A stretch of 36,597 nucleotides of DNA from an uncultured Oscillospiraceae bacterium (GTDB lineage Bacteria; Bacillota; Clostridia; Oscillospirales; Oscillospiraceae), in assembly GCA_964425295.1 (NCBI GenBank), contig CAYRMX010000001.1:1-36597 (forward strand), read 5' to 3'. The position numbers and the translations under genes were made by a program. Below, in pieces: positions 1 to 8,846 of the stretch (position 1 is its first letter; each line of letters opens with the position of its first letter). The notes below the pieces were generated by a model. The model saw nothing but the letters and a program-made list of their open reading frames with translations, was not told the origin of the DNA and searched no databases.

Positions 1-2
1 GC

Positions 3-1514
3 CACCTGAAAACGGTGCTCACGCCGCAGGGAAAGTGCAGCGGAAGCGTGCTGTTTCACGGCACGCCCCTGCGCGACGTCTCTGAGCGCGACCAGGCGGC
101 GAAGATCGGCTTCGTCATGCAGGATCCCGACGACCAGATCGTCACCGACAAGGTCTGGCACGAGCTGGCATTCGGGCTGGAAAGCTTGGGCTGCGACCAG
201 ACCATTATGCGCACCCGCGTGGCGGAAATGGCGTGCTATTTCGGCATTCAGGACTGGTTCCATCGCGACGTTGCCACGCTTTCCGGCGGTCAGAAGCAGC
301 TTTTGAACCTTGCGTCCATTATGGCGATGCAGCCGGAGGTGCTCATCCTCGACGAGCCGACCAGCCAGCTTGACCCCATTGCCGCCACGGATTTCCTCAA
401 CACCGTCCGCAAGATCAACACGGAGCTCGGCACGACCGTCATCATCACCGAGCACCGTTTGGAGGACATTTTTCCATATGCGGACCGCGCCGTCGTCCTT
501 TGCGGCGGCAGCGTGATCGCCGACGACCTGCCCGCGCGGGTAGGACAGCGGCTGTTCGATCAAAATGACCCGATGTTTTCCGCCATGCCGACCCCGGTGC
601 GGGTGTTTTACGGCGCGGGCGGCGCGGGAGAAAGTCCTCTGACGGTGCGGCAGGGGCGCAACTGGCTTGCCGGCGCGTTCCCACAGACGCCGAAGTGCCG
701 TGCGCTTCCCGAGGAACGGAGCCAAGAACCGACCGACTCGGTCGCTCTGCGCTTGAAAGAGCTGTGGTTTCGCTATGAAAAGGACAGCCCGGACATCCTG
801 CGCGGCGTCTCGGCGGAGATCCCAAGCGGAAAATTATATGCAATTTTAGGCGGTAACGGCGCGGGGAAATCCACCATGCTCAAGGCAATCACGGGGATTT
901 GCAAGCCCTATCGCGGAAAGGTTAAATTGTTCGGAAAGCCGCTGGAAAAATATCGCGGAAACGATCTTTTCCGCGGCTGCCTTGCCATGCTCCCGCAAGA
1001 CCCGAAGAGCCTGTTTGTCAAAAAAAGCGTTCGCGAGGATTTGGCGGAAATGACGTCCGATGCGGGCGAGATCGACCGCGTTGCCGCGCTGTGCCAGATC
1101 ACGGAGCTGCTGGAACGTCACCCGTATGACATTTCCGGCGGTGAACAGCAGCGTGCCGCGCTTGCCAAGGTGCTTCTGACGCAGCCGCGTCTGCTGCTCC
1201 TCGATGAGCCGACAAAGGGGATCGACTGCTTCTTCAAGACGACGTTTGCGGCAATTCTGAACGACCTGAAAGCACAGGGCATCACGATTGTCATGGTGTC
1301 TCATGACGTTGAGTTCTGCGCGAGATATGCCGACCTTGTGAGCATGTTCTTCGACGGTCAAATCCTGACGACGGACACGCCGCGCCGCTTCTTCGGCAGC
1401 AACAGCTTTTACACCACCGCCGCGCACCGCATGAGCCGTCACGTCTTCGACATGGCGGTCACGGCGGAGGACGTGATCGCGCTTTACCGCAGGAATACGG
1501 AGGAGAAAACATGA
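3..1514 (+). CDS. ECF transporter duplicated (AA') ATPase, 5'-truncated by the window edge
   Basis: Two ABC domains: LSGGQKQ...LILDEPT...EH, then GGNGAGKST, ISGGEQQR, LLLDEPT, SHD. The frame is open to position 3 and the first Walker A is missing, so the gene starts upstream. Followed by S and T components. Confidence 0.92.
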   Translation, partial: HLKTVLTPQGKCSGSVLFHGTPLRDVSERDQAAKIGFVMQDPDDQIVTDKVWHELAFGLESLGCDQTIMRTRVAEMACYFGIQDWFHRDVATLSGGQKQLLNLASIMAMQPEVLILDEPTSQLDPIAATDFLNTVRKINTELGTTVIITEHRLEDIFPYADRAVVLCGGSVIADDLPARVGQRLFDQNDPMFSAMPTPVRVFYGAGGAGESPLTVRQGRNWLAGAFPQTPKCRALPEERSQEPTDSVALRLKELWFRYEKDSPDILRGVSAEIPSGKLYAILGGNGAGKSTMLKAITGICKPYRGKVKLFGKPLEKYRGNDLFRGCLAMLPQDPKSLFVKKSVREDLAEMTSDAGEIDRVAALCQITELLERHPYDISGGEQQRAALAKVLLTQPRLLLLDEPTKGIDCFFKTTFAAILNDLKAQGITIVMVSHDVEFCARYADLVSMFFDGQILTTDTPRRFFGSNSFYTTAAHRMSRHVFDMAVTAEDVIALYRRNTEEKT

Positions 1515-2221
1515 AATGCAAAAGTTCCCGCATTGCGGTTCTGCTCGATTTCTTCATTCTTATCCCGCTGACACTCTATTTCGGGCTGCGTCTGCCCGGT
1601 AGGGGCTATTACGTTACGAGCACGCTTGTCATTTTGGAGCTGACCGTGCCGTTTCTCCTGAGCTTCGAGCGCCGCAGACCGCAGGCGCGTGAGCTGGTGA
1701 TCGTTGCCGTGCTTTCGGCGTTGGCGGTTGCCTCGCGCGTCGTTATTCCCATTCCGCATTTCAAGCCGATGTTCGCCGTAATCATGCTCTCCGGCGTCGC
1801 CCTCGGGGCGGAGTCGGGGTTCATGGTCGGCGCTGTTTCGGCGTTTGCGAGCAACTTTTTCTATGGGCAGAGCGCAAACACGCCGTGGCAGATGTTTGCC
1901 TACGGCGCCGGCGGCATGCTTGCCGGCTTCCTCTTTGCAAAGGGACGCCTGCCCCGAAAGCCGCTCGTACTGGCTATGTTCGGCTTCGTGAGCGCATTGT
2001 TCTTTGTCGGGCCACTGCTCGATACCGCGTCCGTGTTCCTGATGCTTTCAAGGCTCAGTGCGGCGGGGGCGTGGGCGACCTACGTCGCGGGCTTCCCGGT
2101 GAACCTCAGTCAGGCGGTGTGTACGTTTGTGACCATGCTGCTGCTTGCAAAACCGCTGCTGGAAAAGCTCGACCGTGTAAGGCTTCGCTACGGCATGGGG
2201 GAGAACGAGGATGGGCTTTGA
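1511..2221 (+). CDS. ECF transporter substrate-specific S component (CbrT-like, substrate uncertain)
   Basis: 236-aa polytopic membrane protein with ELVIVAVLSALAVASR, PHFKP, SNFFYGQ...TPWQM. GGAG SD; ATGA overlap with the ATPase. Confidence 0.85.
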   Translation: MKCKSSRIAVLLDFFILIPLTLYFGLRLPGRGYYVTSTLVILELTVPFLLSFERRRPQARELVIVAVLSALAVASRVVIPIPHFKPMFAVIMLSGVALGAESGFMVGAVSAFASNFFYGQSANTPWQMFAYGAGGMLAGFLFAKGRLPRKPLVLAMFGFVSALFFVGPLLDTASVFLMLSRLSAAGAWATYVAGFPVNLSQAVCTFVTMLLLAKPLLEKLDRVRLRYGMGENEDGL

Positions 2222-3074
2222 AAGCTGCCACCCGGCGGTCAATTTCCTCTTTTTTTCCGCCGCGCTCTATGGCGCAGCCGCCTTTTCCCACCCGATCTTT
2301 TTGGCGGTCGGCTTGCTCTGCGCCTTTGCCAACGCCGTGCGGCGAGGCGGGCGGCGCGCAGTCGTCTTTGCGCTTTGGCTGTTTCCGTCAGCGGCGGTCT
2401 TTGCGCTGTGCTATGCCTGTTTCCACCACTTCGGTGTGACGGTTCTCGTGCATAACTTCATCGGAAACCGCCTGACGCTGGAAAGTCTGCTCTACGGGCT
2501 GAACCTCGGACTGCGGGGGATGGCGGTGTGCCTGTGGCTGCGGTGCATGTTTGACGTTCTGTCGTCGGACAAAGTGATCTACCTGTTCGGTACGCTCGAC
2601 CCGCGCCTTGCGCTCTGCCTGACCGTCCTGCTGCGTTTTTTTCCGCGGCTTCACTTGCAGGCGCGGCGTATTGGACTTGCCCGGCAGGGCATCGGGTGCG
2701 GCACGGCGCAGGGGAGCTTTTTCCGACGCTGCGGGAACGCGCTGCGAATTTTTTCCATGCTGATCTCGTGGGCGATCGGCGCGTTTGCGACAGCTTCGGA
2801 CTCCATGCGCAGCCGCGGCGTCACGCTCCGCGGTCGGACGGCTTTTTCCCTCTATCGCTTCGACGCCCGCGATCGGGCGCTGGTCATTGCAATGTTCTGC
2901 GGCATCATTCTCGCCGCGATGGGCGTCATCCTCGGCGCGACCGAGCTGCGCTTTTCCCCGGCGATCGCATGGCGCGACCCGACGCCGCTTGCCCTTGTCA
3001 CCGCTGCGGGTTACGCCGTCTTTTGCCTGATTCCGCTCATTGTTGCGCATTTGACACAGCGACGCATAATATAA
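2211..3074 (+). CDS. ECF transporter transmembrane T component (EcfT/CbiQ family)
   Basis: HPAVNFLFF N-terminus, LRFFPRL, ARQG and SMRSRG motifs; 287 aa; ECF operon context. Confidence 0.88.
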   Translation: MGFESCHPAVNFLFFSAALYGAAAFSHPIFLAVGLLCAFANAVRRGGRRAVVFALWLFPSAAVFALCYACFHHFGVTVLVHNFIGNRLTLESLLYGLNLGLRGMAVCLWLRCMFDVLSSDKVIYLFGTLDPRLALCLTVLLRFFPRLHLQARRIGLARQGIGCGTAQGSFFRRCGNALRIFSMLISWAIGAFATASDSMRSRGVTLRGRTAFSLYRFDARDRALVIAMFCGIILAAMGVILGATELRFSPAIAWRDPTPLALVTAAGYAVFCLIPLIVAHLTQRRII

Positions 3075-3110
3075 GCCACCGAGTTTCCAAAACTCGGTGG
3101 CTTTCGTTTT
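3073..3110. terminator. Intrinsic terminator, probably bidirectional
   Basis: 14-bp perfect stem aagccaccgagttt-cca-aaactcggtggctt followed by tcgtttt, lying between convergent genes. Confidence 0.85.
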
Positions 3111-3807
3111 ACAGTATTTTTGCAAGGCGGGTCTTCATAAAACGTTCGTTGAGCTTGGCGACGAGCGCCGTGAACGGCTTCAGGCGGGAGATCCAATAGC
3201 CGATCTCGGCAACGGCGACGCCGGAAATGACGTCCCAGAGAACATGCTGCTTGGTAAAGAGCGTGGAGAGAAAGACCAGAAGACTGCCCACGGTGCACAG
3301 CACGTTCGTCAGCGCACGGTGCTTCGGCAGACGGCATTCATACATGAAGCGCGTCCCAAGCCATGCAACGAAGCAGTGGATGGACGGGAAAAGGTTCGTC
3401 GGCGTGTCAAGCCGGTAGATCAGCCGCATGAGCCACAGAACGAAGCCACTGCCCTCGACCGTCGGGCGCACGTTTGTCGTCGGAACGAAGACGAAAAAGA
3501 ACAGACAGATCAGCTTTGCCACGGCGTCGGCGGCTGCCAAACGGCAGGCCTTTTCGGGGCTTTCGCGGGCGACGGTCGTGTACTGATAAATCCAGAAGAC
3601 GAATGTACCGACATAGGCAAGCACCCAGACCGGCGCAAAGGGGAAACGCCTGTCCAGCGCGGTCGTCATGTCGAGCATCTCCTGCGAGGAGAACACAAAC
3701 TGGACAAGCTTTGCGCCCTGATAGGCAAACAGATTCATCAGCCCCGTCAAAAGCAGGGGGAAACTGGCATAAGCAGGAATCACCCTGCGAAGCGTCCGCC
3801 GAAACAA
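3109..3807 (-). CDS. PAP2-superfamily membrane phosphatase/phosphotransferase (PAP2_3/AUR1-like)
   Basis: NLFPSIH and KQHVLWDVISG motifs with several TM helices. TTG at 3807 has a GAGGTG SD 6 nt upstream; ATG at 3828 is an alternative start. Confidence 0.85.
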   Translation of the reverse strand: MFRRTLRRVIPAYASFPLLLTGLMNLFAYQGAKLVQFVFSSQEMLDMTTALDRRFPFAPVWVLAYVGTFVFWIYQYTTVARESPEKACRLAAADAVAKLICLFFFVFVPTTNVRPTVEGSGFVLWLMRLIYRLDTPTNLFPSIHCFVAWLGTRFMYECRLPKHRALTNVLCTVGSLLVFLSTLFTKQHVLWDVISGVAVAEIGYWISRLKPFTALVAKLNERFMKTRLAKIL

Positions 3808-3810
3808 AGA

Positions 3811-3843
3811 AATCACCTCAATACGCATGCTATTGAGGTGATT
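3811..3843. promoter_or_regulatory. 13-bp perfect inverted repeat covering the PAP2 SD and -10 box
   Basis: aatcacctcaata-cgcatgc-tattgaggtgatt. Confidence 0.7.
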
Positions 3844-3868
3844 ATAGCACAGATTGCGGGAAAGTCAA
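3841..3868 (-). promoter_or_regulatory. sigmaA-type promoter for the PAP2 gene
   Basis: TTGACT-16 nt-TATAAT with extended -10 (TGcTATAAT) on the minus strand. Confidence 0.7.
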
Positions 3869-3924
3869 TTCTTGTCCGGTTTCCGCTGAAAGATTTTCCA
3901 CAGGAAGTGCGCGCGGCTATTTTG

Positions 3925-4356
3925 TCAGCCCTCGGGATCCGACGGCTCGCGGAACGTGAAAAAGCGTTGCCCGAGGTAGTTAAAGCCGACAAACAGGCAC
4001 ATCCCCGTCAGCATGGCGGCGTTGTCGCGCAGCGCCGCCTGCGCACCGGAGAGCAGCCATTGCATCGCTGGCTGCGCAAGCCCGTAGGCAAGGGCGTAGC
4101 ACACGGCGATGTTCAGCGCGAAGCGCACCGCCACACGCCAGCCGCCCTCGGGATAACGGAAGGTGAAGCGGCGGTTCAAAAAGTAGCTCATTACGCTGGC
4201 AAGGGCATAGCTCACGGCGGTCGCCGACCAGTAGCCGAAGTGGGCGAGGTTGTACAAAAGGAACATCAGCCCGTTACCGACGACGGTGTTCAGCACGCCG
4301 ACCAGCAGGAATTTCCAGAGCTTGGCGTCAAAGAGAGATTTGATTTTTTTCAGCAT
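3925..4356 (-). CDS. GtrA-family membrane protein (putative lipid-linked sugar flippase)
   Basis: KFLLVGVLNTVV, SYFLNRRFTF, FNYLGQRFFTF; 4 TM helices; GGAG SD before ATG 4356 (143 aa). Confidence 0.9.
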   Translation of the reverse strand: MLKKIKSLFDAKLWKFLLVGVLNTVVGNGLMFLLYNLAHFGYWSATAVSYALASVMSYFLNRRFTFRYPEGGWRVAVRFALNIAVCYALAYGLAQPAMQWLLSGAQAALRDNAAMLTGMCLFVGFNYLGQRFFTFREPSDPEG

Positions 4357-4361
4357 GGCAT

Positions 4362-4790
4362 TCACTCCCAACAAGTCCGGACAGTGCCGTCGCTCGCGAC
4401 GGAGAAGATCGTTTGTCCGTCGCTGCTTTCATACAGCAGTGTTACCGAAAGCGAGGGACAATCGAAACGCGAGAGAACGTCCATGCCGATGGAGCGGAGC
4501 TCGGAAAGGTAGGTTTCCGGTGCAAGCTCGCCGGAATAGACCTCCGCGCCGTAGGTGCATGCCTTTTCGTAGGTTATGTTTGCGGCTTTTTTGAGCGTGA
4601 GCGCCTGCGTAGAGGCGTCATAGTCGACTTCAAACATCGACCAGTGTTCGCGGACATAGTCGACGAGCTCGGTTTGTGTTGTTTCGTCGGCGTTCGTATA
4701 AAGCCCGATGAATCGGACGCACAGCACGACACAGCCGATGATCAGCGCGAGTGCCAGAATCAGACTCGCGGCGATCAGCCATTTTTTCAT
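4362..4790 (-). CDS. Hypothetical protein with an N-terminal membrane anchor
   Basis: MKKWLIAASLILALALIIGCVVLC hydrophobic N-terminus, AGGTG SD, closely spaced with its neighbours; 142 aa. Confidence 0.7.
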   Translation of the reverse strand: MKKWLIAASLILALALIIGCVVLCVRFIGLYTNADETTQTELVDYVREHWSMFEVDYDASTQALTLKKAANITYEKACTYGAEVYSGELAPETYLSELRSIGMDVLSRFDCPSLSVTLLYESSDGQTIFSVASDGTVRTCWE

Positions 4791-4812
4791 TCGTATCACC
4801 TGTTTCTTTTTG

Positions 4813-5319
4813 TCAGACCGTTTGCAGCGCGACGCTGGACAAAAGCGCGGCGAAGTCTTCGCGGTAGAGCTTTTCTTTTTCCGCCGCGCACCGGATGCTC
4901 ACGGCGTAACAGTATGTGCCGTCAAAGAACAGCGCCCCGGTGCAGTTCAGCGCGCCGTTTTCTCCGGCGGCTGTCCACGCAAAGCGGTATTCTGCCTGCG
5001 GTTCTTCCGCAAGACAAATGGGGGAGAGCGCTTGGGTGTCCTGCCCGGTGAGAAATTTTAGGGCGGAATCGGTCGAGTCGGCAAGAAATACTTCCTGCGT
5101 GATCTCGTAATCCTCGTGGCTGAACACCGAGCGGCGTCCGGCGTCCGTGGTGAGCGTCAGCGTCGCTTCCTGCGGCAGAGCGGCGGTCAGATAGAACGAC
5201 GGCTCGGACACGACCTCAATTTGATCGCTGACGCACTCCTTTGCGGGTGCTTCCTTGACAGCACAGCCGCAAAATGATAAAATGAGCAGCAAAGAGACAG
5301 CCGTTTGCAAGTGTTTCAC
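4813..5319 (-). CDS. Hypothetical lipoprotein
   Basis: GTG at 5319 with GGAGG SD gives MKHLQTAVSLLLILSFCGC (lipobox-like); 168 aa. Confidence 0.7.
   Translation of the reverse strand: MKHLQTAVSLLLILSFCGCAVKEAPAKECVSDQIEVVSEPSFYLTAALPQEATLTLTTDAGRRSVFSHEDYEITQEVFLADSTDSALKFLTGQDTQALSPICLAEEPQAEYRFAWTAAGENGALNCTGALFFDGTYCYAVSIRCAAEKEKLYREDFAALLSSVALQTV
5255..5283 (+). promoter_or_regulatory. sigmaA-type promoter for the DUF1294 gene, located inside the opposite-strand lipoprotein gene
   Basis: TTGACA-17 nt-TAAAAT with TGn extension. Confidence 0.65.
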
Positions 5320-5346
5320 ACAGATCCCTCCGAAAGGTTGATTTCG

Positions 5347-5610
5347 ATGGTATATTTCTATGCGGGCTACCTGCTGTTCATGAATCTGCTCGCCTTTTTC
5401 CTGATGCTGGCGGACAAAAAGCTGGCGCGGGCGCACAAATGGCGCATCCCGGAGCGCACGCTTTTAACGGCGGCGCTGTTCGGTGGGGGCGTCGGCAGCT
5501 TTCTCGCCATGCGGATCTTCCGGCACAAAACGCGAAAGATGAAATTCACGCTGCTGCTTCCGCTGTTGATCGTACTGTGGGCGGCGATCAGCTATTTTGT
5601 TTTTTTCTGA
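5347..5610 (+). CDS. DUF1294 family small membrane protein
   Basis: MNLLAFFLMLADKKLARAHKWRIPERTL...GG...FRHKTRK signature; 87 aa from ATG 5347. Confidence 0.9.
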   Translation: MVYFYAGYLLFMNLLAFFLMLADKKLARAHKWRIPERTLLTAALFGGGVGSFLAMRIFRHKTRKMKFTLLLPLLIVLWAAISYFVFF

Positions 5611-5801
5611 AGCTTGCGCTTCGTCCCGTCGGGCGCGACGATATAGGTGTTGTCGAGCTGGGCGGTGAGGTTTTGGCGCACGGCGGCAATATAGCGCGCA
5701 CGCAGCGCGTCGCGTTCGCGAAGCTCGTCCTCGGTCAGTGCTTCCTGCTTGGCTTTGTGTGCAAGCTCGTTGATTCGGGCGATGACTTCCTGCATATTCA
5801 T
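5592..5801 (-). CDS. DUF896/UPF0291 (YnzC-like) protein
   Basis: IARINELAHKAK...LTEDE...LRARYI...LDNTYIVAPDG signature; 69 aa. Confidence 0.92.
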   Translation of the reverse strand: MNMQEVIARINELAHKAKQEALTEDELRERDALRARYIAAVRQNLTAQLDNTYIVAPDGTKRKLQKKTK

Positions 5802-5819
5802 AACATCAACTCCGAGAGC

Positions 5820-5848
5820 ATCATACCGCGTTTTTGCCTCGGTGTCAA
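5820..5848 (-). promoter_or_regulatory. sigmaA-type promoter for DUF896 and possibly the whole minus-strand cluster
   Basis: TTGACA-17 nt-TATGAT, followed by a GGAG SD and ATG 5801. Confidence 0.75.
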
Positions 5849-5878
5849 GGTTTCACAGACGTAAGATCGGAGGAACGG

Positions 5879-7084
5879 ATGAAGATTTTGATTATCGGCG
5901 GCGGTGCATCCGGGCTGATGGCGGCGCTGACGGCGTCGGAATCGGCGGCGCATGAGGTGCTGCTTTTGGAGCGTCAGTCCCGCGTGGCACGCAAGCTGCT
6001 TGCGACCGGCAATGGGCGTTGCAACCTTTCCAATACCCGCCTGACGGCCGAAAATTATCACGGTGAGCAGCCGGACTTTTGCCGCGCGGCGCTTGCGGCG
6101 TTTTCCGTGGACGATACGCTGGCGTATTTTCACGGGCTTGGGCTTTTGACCGTGACCGAGGACAGCGGACGGGTCTATCCTTACAGCGACAGCGCCAACA
6201 GCGTCGCAGACGTCCTACGCCTGACGCTGGAACAGCGGAGGAATGTCACGATCGTGACGGGTGCGGAGATCACTGTGTTGCGCCGCCGCAAGGGGCGCTT
6301 CCTCGCCGAAGCAGGGGATCGGGTGTTTGAAGCAGACCGTGCGATCGTCTGCGCGGGCGGCGCTGCGGGCGGAAAGCTCGGAGGAACGGAGCTGGGCTAT
6401 CGGCTTTTGTCCTCGTTCGGGCATAAGCTCACGCCGCTTTCTCCCGCACTGGTGCAGCTTCGGACGGACACGACCTATGTCCGCGCGCTCAAGGGCGTCC
6501 GCTGCGAGGCGCGCGTGCGCTGCGGCGGGCAGGAACGCCGAGGCGAGCTGCAATTCACCGATTACGGCGTGAGCGGGCCGGTCATTTTCGAGCTGTCGCG
6601 CGAGGCGGCGCGGCGCGGCGGCGAGCTTTTTATCGACTTTTTGCCGCAGACGGACGAAGACGCCCTGCGCGCCATGCTTTCCTCGCGCTGTGCGCAGCTT
6701 CCCGCCCTGCGCGCCGAGGAGCTGCTGACCGGGCTTCTGCACAATCGGCTGGGACGGACGCTCCTGCGCGCGGCGGGCATTTCCGGGGAAATGCTCTGCG
6801 GCGAGATCGTTGATTTTTCGCACATTTGCCGCACGATCAAGGCGTTCCGCCTGAGCGTTCTCGGCTCGATGGGCATGGACAGCGCGCAGGTGACAGTCGG
6901 CGGCGTCCGCACGGACGGCTTTGACCCGGAAACGCTGGAAAGCCGCCTTTGCCCCGGATTGTACGCCGCGGGCGAGGTGCTTGACGTCGACGGCGACTGC
7001 GGCGGGTATAATCTGCAATGGGCGTGGTCATCCGGACGCCTTGCCGGACAGTTAAGGAGCAAAAAACATGATTCGAATTCGTGA
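5879..7084 (+). CDS. HI0933/YhiN-family flavoprotein (NAD(P)/FAD-dependent oxidoreductase)
   Basis: IIGGGASGLMAA, RKLLATGNGRCNLSN, GRVYP, VTVGGV, GEVLDVDGDCGGYNLQWAWSSG; GGAGG SD before ATG 5879; 401 aa. Confidence 0.93.
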   Translation: MKILIIGGGASGLMAALTASESAAHEVLLLERQSRVARKLLATGNGRCNLSNTRLTAENYHGEQPDFCRAALAAFSVDDTLAYFHGLGLLTVTEDSGRVYPYSDSANSVADVLRLTLEQRRNVTIVTGAEITVLRRRKGRFLAEAGDRVFEADRAIVCAGGAAGGKLGGTELGYRLLSSFGHKLTPLSPALVQLRTDTTYVRALKGVRCEARVRCGGQERRGELQFTDYGVSGPVIFELSREAARRGGELFIDFLPQTDEDALRAMLSSRCAQLPALRAEELLTGLLHNRLGRTLLRAAGISGEMLCGEIVDFSHICRTIKAFRLSVLGSMGMDSAQVTVGGVRTDGFDPETLESRLCPGLYAAGEVLDVDGDCGGYNLQWAWSSGRLAGQLRSKKHDSNS

Positions 7085-8654
7085 CATCATTCTCCCCGCG
7101 CAGCACGACCGAAATGCCCTGCTTTATCATGCGGCGCAGGCGCTTCATGTGCGCGCCGGGGACATTCAAAGTCTGCAAATTTTCCGCCGTTCGCTCGATG
7201 CGCGCAAAAAGCCGCTGCTGCGCTGGGTCTATACCGTCGACGTGACGCTCAAAAGCGGCGAGGGACGCATTCTGCGACAGAACAAAAACAATAAGATCAC
7301 CAAGGAAACACCGTATCACTACCGCATTCCGCGCGTGAGCGGTGCGCAGCGCCCGGTCGTTGTCGGCTTCGGGCCTGCGGGAATGTTTGCTGCGCTCGTG
7401 CTGGCGATGGCGGGCATGCAGCCGATTGTCCTCGAACGTGGTGAGCCTGCCGCGGAGCGCAGAGGAAAGGTCGAAGCGTTCTGGAACGGCGGCGCGCTCG
7501 ACCCGGAGTCGAACGTCCAGTTCGGTGAGGGCGGCGCGGGTACGTTTTCCGACGGAAAACTCAATACAGGCACGAAAAATGAGCGCAGCCGCTGGGTGCT
7601 GCGGCAGTTCGTCGCCGCCGGCGCACAGGAAGAAATTCTCTACGATGCCAAGCCGCACGTCGGCACGGACGTGCTCTACACCGTTGTGCAGAATCTGCGC
7701 AGACGCATCTGTGACCTCGGCGGCGAGGTGCGCTTCGGCGCGCGCCTGACGGGTCTGGAGCGGGAAAACGGGAAGCTCCTTTCCTGCACCTATATGCAGC
7801 ACGGCGAGGAGCGCAGCATCCCGTGCTCGCAGCTCATTCTCGCTATCGGGCACAGCGCCCGCGACACGTTCCGCATGTTGGAGCAGCTCGGCATCCCGAT
7901 GGAGGCGAAACCGTTTTCGATGGGCGTGCGCATCGAGCATCGGCAGAACGATATCGACCGCGCGCAGTACGGCGGCGAGCGTCCGAGGACGATCCCGCCC
8001 GCGGACTATAAGCTCTCCGTCCATCTACCCGACGGAAGCTCCGCATACACGTTTTGCATGTGCCCGGGCGGGCAGGTCGTTGCCGCTGCGTCGCAGGCGG
8101 GCGGCGTAGTGACCAACGGCATGAGCAATTCCGCACGCGACGGTGAAAACGCCAATGCTGCGCTGCTCGTCACGCTGAAGCCGGAGGATTTTCCGTATCC
8201 CGGCGTGCTGGGTGGGGTGCAGTGGCAGGAGGAGATCGAGCGCCGCGCGTTCGACGTCGGCGGGGGAAATTACCGCGCTCCGGCGCAGACGGTGGGGGAT
8301 TTTCTGGCAAAGCGTCCGTCACAGACGCTCGGCGGGGTCGCGCCGACTTACCGGCCGGGCGTGACGCTCTGCGACCTGCACACGGTGCTCCCCGAACGCC
8401 TGACCGCCACGCTGGAACAGGCGCTTCCCGCGCTTCGGGACTCGCTTGCGTGCTTTGCCGCGCCGGACGCGCTCCTGACCGCGCCGGAGACGCGCAGCTC
8501 CTCGCCCGTGCGCATTTTGCGTAATGAGGGCTGCGAAAGTACGCTTGTCGGGCTTTACCCCTGCGGCGAGGGCGCGGGCTACGCCGGCGGCATCATGTCC
8601 GCCGCCGTCGACGGCATGCTCTGCGCCGAAGCCGTCATTCGAAATGCACAGTGA
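7068..8654 (+). CDS. FAD-dependent dehydrogenase (COG2509-type)
   Basis: VVGFGPAGMFAA, QFGEGGAGTFSDGKL, KPHVGTD, YTFCMCPGG, ETRSSSPVRI, GEGAGYAGGIMSAAVDG; 528 aa. Confidence 0.9.
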   Translation: MIRIRDIILPAQHDRNALLYHAAQALHVRAGDIQSLQIFRRSLDARKKPLLRWVYTVDVTLKSGEGRILRQNKNNKITKETPYHYRIPRVSGAQRPVVVGFGPAGMFAALVLAMAGMQPIVLERGEPAAERRGKVEAFWNGGALDPESNVQFGEGGAGTFSDGKLNTGTKNERSRWVLRQFVAAGAQEEILYDAKPHVGTDVLYTVVQNLRRRICDLGGEVRFGARLTGLERENGKLLSCTYMQHGEERSIPCSQLILAIGHSARDTFRMLEQLGIPMEAKPFSMGVRIEHRQNDIDRAQYGGERPRTIPPADYKLSVHLPDGSSAYTFCMCPGGQVVAAASQAGGVVTNGMSNSARDGENANAALLVTLKPEDFPYPGVLGGVQWQEEIERRAFDVGGGNYRAPAQTVGDFLAKRPSQTLGGVAPTYRPGVTLCDLHTVLPERLTATLEQALPALRDSLACFAAPDALLTAPETRSSSPVRILRNEGCESTLVGLYPCGEGAGYAGGIMSAAVDGMLCAEAVIRNAQ

Positions 8655-8660
8655 AAAACG

Positions 8661-8694
8661 CAAAATCGGCGTCCGTTTGGACGCCGATTTTGTT
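8661..8694. terminator. Intrinsic terminator, probably bidirectional
   Basis: 14-bp perfect stem caaaatcggcgtcc-gttt-ggacgccgattttg with A-run/T-run flanks, between convergent genes. Confidence 0.8.
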
Positions 8695-8788
8695 CCTATG
8701 AAAAAAATACCCGAAACAATAAGATATGTTTGCCGATTCAAGTGCCACGGCGGAGGCATACCTCCGCACGACAGAACATTCGGTTGGG

Positions 8789-8815
8789 CGGGTCAATGTG
8801 GGCATCGCCCCCTAC
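8789..8815 (-). repeat. Degenerate GTAG-type REP-like palindrome (single copy in the window)
   Basis: Minus strand reads GTAG-GGGGCGATG-CCCA-CATTGACCC-G, i.e. a GTAG tetranucleotide followed by an imperfect hairpin in an intergenic region. Confidence 0.55.
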
Positions 8816-8846
8816 AGTCGTTTTCGCACAACGCCGTCTAGGAATC

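Noticed and set aside
3097-4512. 471-aa plus-strand ORF
   Set aside because: Antisense to the PAP2 and GtrA genes, starts inside a terminator, no recognisable domain.
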